A program made the translations under genes and the position numbers. DNA of 64,000 nucleotides from an uncultured Oscillospiraceae bacterium (lineage in GTDB: Bacteria > Bacillota > Clostridia > Oscillospirales > SIG627): NCBI GenBank assembly GCA_964558655.1, contig CAZLEX010000003.1, forward strand, positions 4,975 through 68,974, read 5' to 3'. The notes under the pieces are model-generated. The model did no database searches and had not been told where the DNA came from. It saw nothing but the letters and a program-made list of their open reading frames with translations. Shown one piece after another: positions 8,527-17,163 of this stretch (within the stretch, counting starts at the first letter, position 1; each line of letters opens with the position of its first letter).

Positions 8527-9105
8527 ATGGTAAAAGAGTATTCTTACGCAAAAAACAAAAACGATTATCTCACTCCCAATTTCAAAGTGGGAGAGTTCCG
8601 TGCCCGTCGCGGAAACGAACTTGACGGGGACAGGATACTTATTGACGAAGAGCTTGTGGAAAAGTTAGAGCATTTGTCGCTTCTTGTCAGAAGAGCTCCG
8701 GTAATCGTGACAGACGGTTACCGCACGGAAGAGTTTGACATTCTTCTCACGGGTGGTGTGGGACAGCACACCAAAGGCAAAGCCGCTGATATACGGGTAA
8801 GCGGGTACACATCTTATGAGCTTGCCTCTCTTGCCGAAGAAATAGGTTTCGGCGGAATAGGCATTATCAATTCCGAGAGTATTCATGTCGATACACGTCC
8901 GTGGCACAGCTTTTTCCTGGAAAACAGCACGGCATTGTTCGATACAAGTCCCGTTTCGCATTTTACAAGTGCCGAAATGAGAAAAAAGCATGTGCAGAAA
9001 TATTTTTCTTTGGGAGACAACACCGTAAAATATCTTTCCGAATGGACTTGGGCAGACGCTCTTTTCGATAAACTTTTTTACGGAATAGTTGACGCGGGCA
9101 GGTGA
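8527..9105 (+). CDS. Peptidase M15-family cell-wall hydrolase (endolysin-like)
   Basis: DGYRT ... QHTKGKAADI ... SIHVD gives an H-x6-D...H zinc-ligand pattern. No signal peptide or wall-binding domain. Confidence 0.8.
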   Translation: MVKEYSYAKNKNDYLTPNFKVGEFRARRGNELDGDRILIDEELVEKLEHLSLLVRRAPVIVTDGYRTEEFDILLTGGVGQHTKGKAADIRVSGYTSYELASLAEEIGFGGIGIINSESIHVDTRPWHSFFLENSTALFDTSPVSHFTSAEMRKKHVQKYFSLGDNTVKYLSEWTWADALFDKLFYGIVDAGR

Positions 9106-9110
9106 AGTAT

Positions 9111-10049
9111 ATGTCATATGAAAACAGTGTGAAAAATATGGCGTCTCAGATAATAAACGGGTACGCCAAAGCGATGAACAGAATAAAAAACACCTACGAC
9201 GCCAAAGTAGGTGCTCTTGACGAGGAATATCTTGCGAGAAACCGCGAGATAAACCGTGAAAACATTGAGGCGAAAAATCGCACATCGGCGAATTATAAAC
9301 TCAGTCTTGACGAGGCACAAAAAAGTTTGCTTGACCGTGGGCTGTCAAAATCCGGAGAGGCTGTCAACACCGAAATTCTTTCCAATCTCTCCAAAAATTC
9401 GGCTTTTGCGGCACTTGATGCACAGGCACAGTCGGACAGAGAGGAAAACGCTCTTTCAAGAAGCCGTGAAAAGAGCGAACTCATATCCGACAGGCTTAAG
9501 CAGGAGCAGGAAACGGAAAACAGTATGCTCGAAGCGTTGAGAAATCAGTACAACCTCGACCGAAATTACGATTTGCAGCTGTCGGAAAACGCGGAGGATA
9601 CGAGACGCTGGAACGAGGAAAACGAGGAAGACAAAAGACGGTGGGAGGCAGAGCAGTCGCTTGCCGAGAGAAAGACAGCCGTATCGGAAGGTGAACTTGC
9701 CCTGAAAAAGTCCGACGCTCAAAAGCAAAGTATACAGACTGCCGCTTCGCAGATTAAAAACACCGTTTCCGACGCATTGGAAAAGCTTACGGGAAACGGA
9801 GGTATTGTCGGAAAGATAAAGAGTATTTTCCCGTCTCTTAGCGATGAGGAAACGACGAAACTGTCGAAATCTCCCGAAAAACTCGTTCAGGAGATGTACG
9901 AAGAATTTCAAAGAAAGGATTATTCGTCGGAAGATGTGCGTAATTACGCTCTGGCAAGTGCGGTTTACGATATAGTAAACGATTACGGCATAGACGAAGA
10001 TTATCGCAAACAAGTGCGTATTTACGCTCATGCAATGGGATATATCTGA
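9111..10049 (+). CDS. Coiled-coil protein of unknown function, last gene of island
   Basis: ATG at 9111 follows AGGTGA (the track start at 9102 is GTG). The sequence is E/K/R/N/L-rich with heptad-like stretches and no TM. Confidence 0.6.
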   Translation: MSYENSVKNMASQIINGYAKAMNRIKNTYDAKVGALDEEYLARNREINRENIEAKNRTSANYKLSLDEAQKSLLDRGLSKSGEAVNTEILSNLSKNSAFAALDAQAQSDREENALSRSREKSELISDRLKQEQETENSMLEALRNQYNLDRNYDLQLSENAEDTRRWNEENEEDKRRWEAEQSLAERKTAVSEGELALKKSDAQKQSIQTAASQIKNTVSDALEKLTGNGGIVGKIKSIFPSLSDEETTKLSKSPEKLVQEMYEEFQRKDYSSEDVRNYALASAVYDIVNDYGIDEDYRKQVRIYAHAMGYI

Positions 10050-10077
10050 AAAAGCACACCTCAGGGTGTGCTTTTTG
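10050..10077 (+). terminator. Rho-independent terminator closing the island
   Basis: Perfect 11-bp stem AAAAGCACACC-TCAG-GGTGTGCTTTT plus a T-run, starting 1 nt after the stop codon. Confidence 0.8.
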
Positions 10078-10128
10078 AATAAATTGTGCGTAAATGTTCC
10101 ATATTATATGGGAAAGAGAGGGATATTT

Positions 10129-13100
10129 ATGCAAAATCCGCTTTTGAAAGAAAAACTTATAGCAACCGGTTTTACCGGAGAAAAAGTAAAGGCGATACCC
10201 ATACGCAAATATCTTAAAAAAATCGCCGAAAGGGTAAAGAAGTCCGAAAAAAACCGTGCCGAAAAGAGTGTTTGGCTCAGTGAAAATTTTTATCTCATTG
10301 AGAGAGCCGTGCGGGAGACGGCAAGAATAAAACGGAAAAAATATTCTCCCCTTCTTCCGTTGACCGATGTATTCGCACACGAATGTGTAAAACTCGAAAA
10401 TGACGATGTATCGGCTTTGTTCGATGTCATAACGAGAGAGGGAAAAGCCGATGACACTCTCCTCGCAAGCGTACGCTATGCACTCATTTATTCCTGTGTC
10501 GCGGAGATTTCCGAGAGGTGTGAGAGCGAGGAAAAAATCGGAGAAAAAATTGAACTTTTGCGTGCCGTTATGACATTCGATATGAGCTCTCTTATCATGG
10601 GCTTTTCCGCATCCGAGAGGTATTTGCGTTCGGATCCGGCGGGAATATGGCAGAAAATGAGCCGTTCCTCCCGCCTGCTTTATAAAAAATCTCTTATGAA
10701 AACGGCACGCCGTGAGGGAGAAAGTTATGAAAAGGTATGCGAAAGCGTCGCACTCAGAGCTTCCGAAAATTCACGGCACATAGGAGAGTACATCGATTTT
10801 ACAAATTCAAGCCGATATCTCTACTATCCGCTGCTTTTTGTACTGTTCCTGATTTTTATGGCACTGTCCTTGCGTTTCCTTTTGCTCACCTGTCCCGCTT
10901 ATGTCGTGTGTTTGACTGCGGTTTGCCTGGCTGTTCCGCTCTTTGAAACTGCTTGCACTCTTGCGGGATTCGTCGTTTCGCTTTTTTACAAAAGCGATAT
11001 TCTGCCACGCATTGAAATTGACGGGATAGATGAGAGTGTATCGACGCTCGCCGTTGTGACGGCACTTGTTTCAAATGCCGATGAGGCGGAAGAACTTATA
11101 TCCCGCACGGAAAATCTCTATCTCAAATCGAAAAGCCGTGACGCAGAGGACGAAGGCTTGTTTTTCGGCGTGCTTATGGACTTGCCCGAAAGCGATATTC
11201 CGGTCGGGGAAAACGACGGAGAAATATTGAAAGTTTCGCTCGAAAAAGTCGATTTTCTCAATAAAAAACACGGCGGGCATTTTGAAGTTTTCTGGCGTGA
11301 CAGGGTATATGACGCATCAAGCGGACGGTACACGGCTTACGAGAGAAAAAGAGGTGCTCTTCTGGAACTTACCCGCTTTTCGCTCAAAAAGCCCTCCTCA
11401 ATACATTGCCACGGAGCACCTATGCCGAAAATCCGCTACATCGTAACTCTTGACAGCGATACGGATATATGTATGGGAGATCTCGCAAAACTTGTGGGAA
11501 CTATGGAGCATCCCTTGAACCGTCCCCGACTTGCCGAAAAAGACGGTGTATTTTATGTGAAAGAGGGTTTCGGAATTTTACAGCCTGCCATATTGCCCTC
11601 GCTTTCTTCGGCATATAAGACGCCTTTTTCAATTCTTACAAGCGGTGCCGGAGGGCATGACGCATATCATTCTCCAATCTTTAATCTGTTTTTCACTCTT
11701 CACCGCCGTGCCATGTTTTGCGGCAAGGGAATTTTCGATACCGAGTGTTATCTCAAAGTTCTTGAAAACGCATTTCCCGACAATACTGTCCTGAGTCACG
11801 ATATGCTTGAGGGTTCAAGACTTCGTGCGGGCTTTGCCGGAGATATCGTATTTTCCGACAGCACTCCCGGCAATATCATTTCCTATTATAAGCGTGCACA
11901 CCGCTGGGCGAGAGGGGATACGCAAGCCCTGATTTTCGTTACTCCCTATGTATGCGACCGACACGGACGCAGGGTAAAGAATGTACAGCCTCTGTCCGAC
12001 CGTTTCGTTTTTGTTTTCAATTTTTTAAGTCTTTTGTCTCCCGCTTTTTCTCTGTGTGCACTTCTTCTGGCAATGAATCTTGAGTGGCAAGCGGGTACAT
12101 TCATTGCTCTTGCCGCGCTTTTGCCTGTTTGGGTTTACTCTGTAACGGGCGTTTTTATGATGTTTGTACATCTCTCTTTCGTCACCATTTTCAGACGCTT
12201 TTTTACCCGTGCCGTTACGGGTTGCGTCAGGGAACTTGCGTGGCTCGTTTTTTCCCTTTCGGCATTGGCTTACCGAGCGTGGAACAATTTTAATGCCGTA
12301 TGTCTTTCGCTTTTTCGTCTTGCCGTCACACATCGCAAACTTTTGGAATGGAATACCGCACAGGCGGTTGAAAGCTCTCTGTATTCCAAAGGCGGTATTG
12401 TCGGATATTTCTTTTACACACTTCCGTCGTTTTTGACAGGTGTGTTCATCGTGATATTTTCCACCCACCCTCTTGTAAGACTTTCGGGTATCCTGTTCAT
12501 GTCTTTTTTCGCAATAGGATTTCTGAGTGCAAAAAACTCGCGAAAGTCAGTTTCGCTTTCCCCACATGATGAAAAGAAGCTTCGCCTTTATGCCGAAAAA
12601 ACATGGAAATTTTTCGACACTTTCCTAACAGAGTCCGACAATATGCTTCCCTGCGACAATGTCAGTATATCTCCGGAATATAAGGTGGCACACCGTACTT
12701 CTCCGACAAATATCGGACTTTGGCTTTTGTGTGCTCTCGCGTCACGCGATTTGGGGCTGATAAATTCCGATTCCCTTGCCCGACGCCTTGAAAAAACGCT
12801 CGAAGCTCTCGAAAAAATGCCGAAATGTCGGGGACATTTGTATAATTGGTATTCCACAAGAACGCTTGAGGTTATGGGAGACGCGTATATTTCCACAGTG
12901 GACAGCGGAAATTTTGCCGTCTGTCTTGCAACTCTCGTACAGGGGTTATACGAGTATGCGGGCGAATGTCCGAAACTTTGTGAAATTGCACGACGTTTTG
13001 AAAAGCTCGAGAAGGATATTGATTTTAAATTTTTGTACGATTCTCACCGTCGGCTTTTTTATATAGGATACAATGCCGATAAGCGAGAATACGACAATTC

Positions 13101-16100
13101 GCATTACGATTTGTATATGAGCGAGGTGCGTACTCTTTGCTATTATTCGGTGGCAAGGGGAATTGCCGACAAAAGACTGTGGGAGAGTCTCTCCCGTTCG
13201 CTTATCGCACGCCGTTTTTTAATTGGTGCGGCGTCATGGAGCGGTACGGCGTTTGAATATTTCATGCCCTGCCTGTTTTTGCCCGTTTATGAAAACAGCT
13301 TTGCGCAGGAGGCTCTTTCCTTTGCTTTCACTGAGCAGGTTTGCCGTTTTTCCCGTTTCAAAGGCATGAAAGTGTGGGGCACATCGGAAAGCGGTTATTT
13401 CGCTTTTGACCGCGACATGAATTATCAGTACCGTGCTTTCGGCGTACCATCGCTTGCACTCTCAAGTCAAAATGACACCGACAGGGTAATTTCACCCTAT
13501 TCGTCTTTTTTGATGCTTCGCGAAAATGTTTCTCTCTGCATTGAAAATCTTGAAAAGCTCGAAAAACTCGGAATGTTCGGGGAATACGGTTTTTACGAGG
13601 CGGCGGACTTTTCTCCCGAGCGTTCGGGAGGCGGTTTTGCAATGGTAAAAAGCTATATGTCTCATCACGCCGGAATGAGCCTTATCGCCATTGCGAATAC
13701 ACTTTTAAACGATATTTTCGTTTCCCGTTTCATGCGGGATTCCGAGATGAAAAGTGCGTCGGAGCTGCTTGAAGAAAGGGTACCGGCAGACGCACTGATT
13801 TTTTCGCGAAACAAAATCCGCACAAGAGAGCGTGAGGTGAAACTCTTTCATCTTTTCCTGCGTGACAGTCTGAGCGTTTGCAAAAATTCAGAGAGAGCCG
13901 CAACGCATATTCTTGCCGGCAGAGAATGTTTTATGGCTTTGAGCGAGCGTGGAGTTGAAAATTTTTCGGGACGGGATATTCTGTATTCTTCGCCGCGAAA
14001 AAATTCCTTTCTTCCTTTTTGCCGTGAGGGAGAAAAAATCTTCTCACCCGTTGCGGCCGAAAAAGAATTTTGCTATTCGTCCGGATTTGCCGTTTACCGC
14101 ACAAAAAACACGCAAATCACATTGAATCTGTCCTCCTCTTCTCCCACAGTGAGAATAACTGCGGCGTTTGACACTCAGGGGAGCGAGAGCGGATTTTATT
14201 TTGAACCGGCGTTTGTATCACACAAGGCGTATATCGCTCACCCCGCATATGCCGAGCTTTTCTTTGAAGGACGGTGGGACGGTGAAAAAAAGGCACTTTA
14301 TCTCACTTATCACGGTAAAAAGCCTTATTCTCTCTGCCTTTTGTGCAACTGTGAATTTGAGTTTGAACTGTTTCGGGAGACTGTCTTTGACAAAAAGGAA
14401 GCAAACACACAGAACCTTTTCGATTATATAAAAAGCACTCCGAATTTTTCCTGCAGAACGGGCACTCTTCTTTCTCCCTGCATTTTGGCACGGACTTCTT
14501 GCAGTGCGGGTGCGTTTTTCGTAATGGGATTCGGAAAAAGCGAGAATGAGGCGTTTTATGCGGCGTATGAAGAGCTTTCACTGAGCCGTCACCGAAGTCT
14601 TTCGCTTTCCGACGGATTTGAAAGACGCCTTTGGGCTTCCTCTTGTGCTCATGAATTTAACCGTCTGCTCGATGAGTTTTTGCTTTTCTCACTGAGGGAG
14701 AGTACAGGCATGAGGCAGGCGGAAATTTTACCTCCGATTTATTCGCAAAAAGCTCTCTGGAAGTGGGGAATATCGGGAGATTTGCCGATAGTTTTCGTGA
14801 GCGGTGCGCTGAAAGAGGAAACACTGGAGAAAATATTCGCACAGCATAAGTATCATTATATCGCCGGCGTCCGTTACGATATTGCACTCGTATGCTGCGA
14901 TTACGGATATATGCGGACACAGAGAGAGCGTGTAATAAGAGTGCTTAAAAATACTAAATGTTCTTTTATGCAAAACCAGCCGGGCGGTATATACCTGCTT
15001 GACAAGGACGCATGGGATACATTTCGTCTGTGTGCGAAAGTTGTGATTGAAAGGGAGAGCGATATCATCTCTCTTCCCGCACAGGAAGGTTTTTCTTTGG
15101 AGACACAAAAGAGGAGAGAAAATTCGTACAGTACGGAACATGGTTTTTCAAAAGGTAAATATATCATAAACAAGAGCGTTTACAGTCCGCCGATACTTTG
15201 GCACCATATTATCGCGTCTGACGGTTTCGGAACGCTTGTTACAAGCAGAAATCTCGGGCATACTTGGGCGTATAACGCCGGTCTTTCCCGTCTGACCTTT
15301 TGGGAAAACGACCGAGTCGGAGGGGAAATGAGCGAAAAAATATATCTTTCGCAGGGAGGATATTCCTATGATATGTGCGATTTTGCCGACAGAGTGGAAT
15401 TTTCTCCGGGAGAAGCAAGGTATCTTTCTTCTCTTTTCGAGGTGAGAGTTAATGTAAGCCCGACGCTCATGTACAAGGAGGTATCGGTAAAGCTTTTCAC
15501 AAACACGGAGATATCTCTTTTTTACAAAATTCCGTCTGTCATGGGTGACGGAACATCAAAGGCGGGAGGCGTTGTGTTTGAAAAAATTTCCTGCGGAATT
15601 AAATTTGCCAATCCTTTTTCCGAGTCCTTTGAAAAAGGGTTCGGATACCTTGTAAGCGACGGGGAGGTATTTTATTCACCATACGGACTCGGCGTAAAAA
15701 AGACGGTCTTTAAGGGAGAGGAGATAAAATTTTTTATAGGGTTTGCAAGGGGAGAAAAACACTTTGAAAGGGCAATCGCAAGAGCTTTATCGGGCAGTTG
15801 CGAAAAAGAAAGCCGTGAGAGTGCGAAAAAGTTTCTTCCGAAATGCGAAAAAAGTGTTTTTAACGAAAGCGAAGAGGAAATGTTTAAAACATTCATTCCT
15901 CTTCAGTGCGTATTTTCGCGGATAATCGCACGCACGGGTCCTTATCAGTCGGGCGGTGCATGGGGGTGCCGAGATCAGACGCAGGATATGTTTTATATGA
16001 TAAATGTTTGTCCGGAGCGTGTTGCGTCTCATCTGTTCCGACTTGCCTCCCATCAGTATCTTGAGGGAGATATGCAGCATTGGTGGCACGGCTTTCGCGG

Positions 16101-17112
16101 TACCCGCACAAAATGCTCCGACGACTATCTCTGGTTCGTTTTGCTTTTGAGCGAATATGCCGAACGGACGGGAGACAATAAAATCTTCGAAAAAAGGGTG
16201 AGATATCTGCAAAGTTCGCCTCTTGCCGAAAACGAAAGCGAGAGGTATGAGGAGGCTGAATTTTCTTCCTGTCGGGAAAACCTCGTAATGCACGCCAAAA
16301 GATGTCTCGACCTGTTTATGTCGCGTGGCAGGGGAGTACACGGTATTGTGCTTATGGGAAGCGGAGACTGGAACGACGGCATGAACCGTGTCGGTCAGGG
16401 AGGCGGAGAGAGCGTCTGGCTCGGATTTTTTGCCGTCAGTGTTTTTTACCGTGCTTTTCCGTTTTTGGAACGCTTCGGTATAAACACGGAAGAGTACAGA
16501 AATTTTTGCCGTGATGTTATATGTGCGATAGAAAATCACGCTTTTGAAACCGACCGGTATGTGAGGGCTTTTTTGTCCGATTCAAGCGTATTGGGAAGTA
16601 AAAGTTTTGAGGGAGGCTGTAAAATCGACGGAATTGTTTCTTCCGCCGCGTCCGTTTGCTATGCCGTTTCCTCTCTCGGTTCCCCCTCGCGTATTTGTGC
16701 TTCCCTCGATACTTCGTGGAGGGAGCTGTACGACAGAAAAAACAAAATCTTTAAGCTTTTTTCACCGCCTTTTGAAAAAGCAGATGACCGTGTGGGGTAT
16801 GTCACCTGTTATCCGCAGGGCATTAGGGAAAACGGCGGACAGTATACCCACGCCGCGATTTTTTCGGCAATAGGGTATTATTTCGCTCCCGCAGAAAAAA
16901 AGAAAAACCGCGAAAGAGCACGGCTTATTTTGGAGGCGGTGCTTCCCTGCAACAGAAATCCCGATGTTTTCAAGACGGAGCCTTACGCACTTGCCGCCGA
17001 TATATATTCAAATCCCTCCCATGAGGGACGGGGAGGGTGGAGCTTTTATACGGGTTCTGCCGGGTGGTGCGAATATCTTATGAACCTTTTTTCAAAAGAA
17101 AATCCGGAATAA
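10129..17112 (+). CDS. Cyclic beta-1,2-glucan synthase-like giant protein (GT84 + cyclisation region + GH94 phosphorylase-like domain)
   Basis: GT84 motifs are TLDSDTD, SHDMLEG and HRWARGDTQ, flanked by TM clusters. The middle region has PTNIGLWL, GHLYNWY and STVDSGN. The C-terminal GH94-like region has CRDQTQD, QHWWH and GSGDWNDGMN. Start moved to ATG 10129 (RBS GAGAGGG) because 10030-10128 spans the upstream terminator. Confidence 0.8.
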   Translation: MQNPLLKEKLIATGFTGEKVKAIPIRKYLKKIAERVKKSEKNRAEKSVWLSENFYLIERAVRETARIKRKKYSPLLPLTDVFAHECVKLENDDVSALFDVITREGKADDTLLASVRYALIYSCVAEISERCESEEKIGEKIELLRAVMTFDMSSLIMGFSASERYLRSDPAGIWQKMSRSSRLLYKKSLMKTARREGESYEKVCESVALRASENSRHIGEYIDFTNSSRYLYYPLLFVLFLIFMALSLRFLLLTCPAYVVCLTAVCLAVPLFETACTLAGFVVSLFYKSDILPRIEIDGIDESVSTLAVVTALVSNADEAEELISRTENLYLKSKSRDAEDEGLFFGVLMDLPESDIPVGENDGEILKVSLEKVDFLNKKHGGHFEVFWRDRVYDASSGRYTAYERKRGALLELTRFSLKKPSSIHCHGAPMPKIRYIVTLDSDTDICMGDLAKLVGTMEHPLNRPRLAEKDGVFYVKEGFGILQPAILPSLSSAYKTPFSILTSGAGGHDAYHSPIFNLFFTLHRRAMFCGKGIFDTECYLKVLENAFPDNTVLSHDMLEGSRLRAGFAGDIVFSDSTPGNIISYYKRAHRWARGDTQALIFVTPYVCDRHGRRVKNVQPLSDRFVFVFNFLSLLSPAFSLCALLLAMNLEWQAGTFIALAALLPVWVYSVTGVFMMFVHLSFVTIFRRFFTRAVTGCVRELAWLVFSLSALAYRAWNNFNAVCLSLFRLAVTHRKLLEWNTAQAVESSLYSKGGIVGYFFYTLPSFLTGVFIVIFSTHPLVRLSGILFMSFFAIGFLSAKNSRKSVSLSPHDEKKLRLYAEKTWKFFDTFLTESDNMLPCDNVSISPEYKVAHRTSPTNIGLWLLCALASRDLGLINSDSLARRLEKTLEALEKMPKCRGHLYNWYSTRTLEVMGDAYISTVDSGNFAVCLATLVQGLYEYAGECPKLCEIARRFEKLEKDIDFKFLYDSHRRLFYIGYNADKREYDNSHYDLYMSEVRTLCYYSVARGIADKRLWESLSRSLIARRFLIGAASWSGTAFEYFMPCLFLPVYENSFAQEALSFAFTEQVCRFSRFKGMKVWGTSESGYFAFDRDMNYQYRAFGVPSLALSSQNDTDRVISPYSSFLMLRENVSLCIENLEKLEKLGMFGEYGFYEAADFSPERSGGGFAMVKSYMSHHAGMSLIAIANTLLNDIFVSRFMRDSEMKSASELLEERVPADALIFSRNKIRTREREVKLFHLFLRDSLSVCKNSERAATHILAGRECFMALSERGVENFSGRDILYSSPRKNSFLPFCREGEKIFSPVAAEKEFCYSSGFAVYRTKNTQITLNLSSSSPTVRITAAFDTQGSESGFYFEPAFVSHKAYIAHPAYAELFFEGRWDGEKKALYLTYHGKKPYSLCLLCNCEFEFELFRETVFDKKEANTQNLFDYIKSTPNFSCRTGTLLSPCILARTSCSAGAFFVMGFGKSENEAFYAAYEELSLSRHRSLSLSDGFERRLWASSCAHEFNRLLDEFLLFSLRESTGMRQAEILPPIYSQKALWKWGISGDLPIVFVSGALKEETLEKIFAQHKYHYIAGVRYDIALVCCDYGYMRTQRERVIRVLKNTKCSFMQNQPGGIYLLDKDAWDTFRLCAKVVIERESDIISLPAQEGFSLETQKRRENSYSTEHGFSKGKYIINKSVYSPPILWHHIIASDGFGTLVTSRNLGHTWAYNAGLSRLTFWENDRVGGEMSEKIYLSQGGYSYDMCDFADRVEFSPGEARYLSSLFEVRVNVSPTLMYKEVSVKLFTNTEISLFYKIPSVMGDGTSKAGGVVFEKISCGIKFANPFSESFEKGFGYLVSDGEVFYSPYGLGVKKTVFKGEEIKFFIGFARGEKHFERAIARALSGSCEKESRESAKKFLPKCEKSVFNESEEEMFKTFIPLQCVFSRIIARTGPYQSGGAWGCRDQTQDMFYMINVCPERVASHLFRLASHQYLEGDMQHWWHGFRGTRTKCSDDYLWFVLLLSEYAERTGDNKIFEKRVRYLQSSPLAENESERYEEAEFSSCRENLVMHAKRCLDLFMSRGRGVHGIVLMGSGDWNDGMNRVGQGGGESVWLGFFAVSVFYRAFPFLERFGINTEEYRNFCRDVICAIENHAFETDRYVRAFLSDSSVLGSKSFEGGCKIDGIVSSAASVCYAVSSLGSPSRICASLDTSWRELYDRKNKIFKLFSPPFEKADDRVGYVTCYPQGIRENGGQYTHAAIFSAIGYYFAPAEKKKNRERARLILEAVLPCNRNPDVFKTEPYALAADIYSNPSHEGRGGWSFYTGSAGWCEYLMNLFSKENPE

Positions 17113-17163
17113 ATTTTTTTGTGTGTCATACAATGTATAAAAAATAAAAAAGGAGAAGAAAGT

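Noticed and set aside
10030-10128. ORF-track N-terminal extension of the giant ORF (MQWDISEKAHLRVCFLNKL...), overlapping the previous gene
   Set aside because: This stretch contains the 11-bp terminator hairpin (10050-10077) and overlaps the coiled-coil gene. ATG at 10129 has a proper RBS and begins the conserved Cgs-like N-terminus.
15787-16539. 250-aa minus-strand ORF within the glucan synthase GH94 region (plus many 60-150-aa ORFs at 10737-16873)
   Set aside because: It is a shadow ORF. The plus-strand frame carries the recognisable GH94 motifs across the same interval.
17119-17163. Track start MCVIQCIKNKKGEES for the DUF3794/LysM gene
   Set aside because: It is a GTG-type start only 6 nt after the upstream stop, with no RBS. 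ATG at 17164 follows AAAGGAGAAG.
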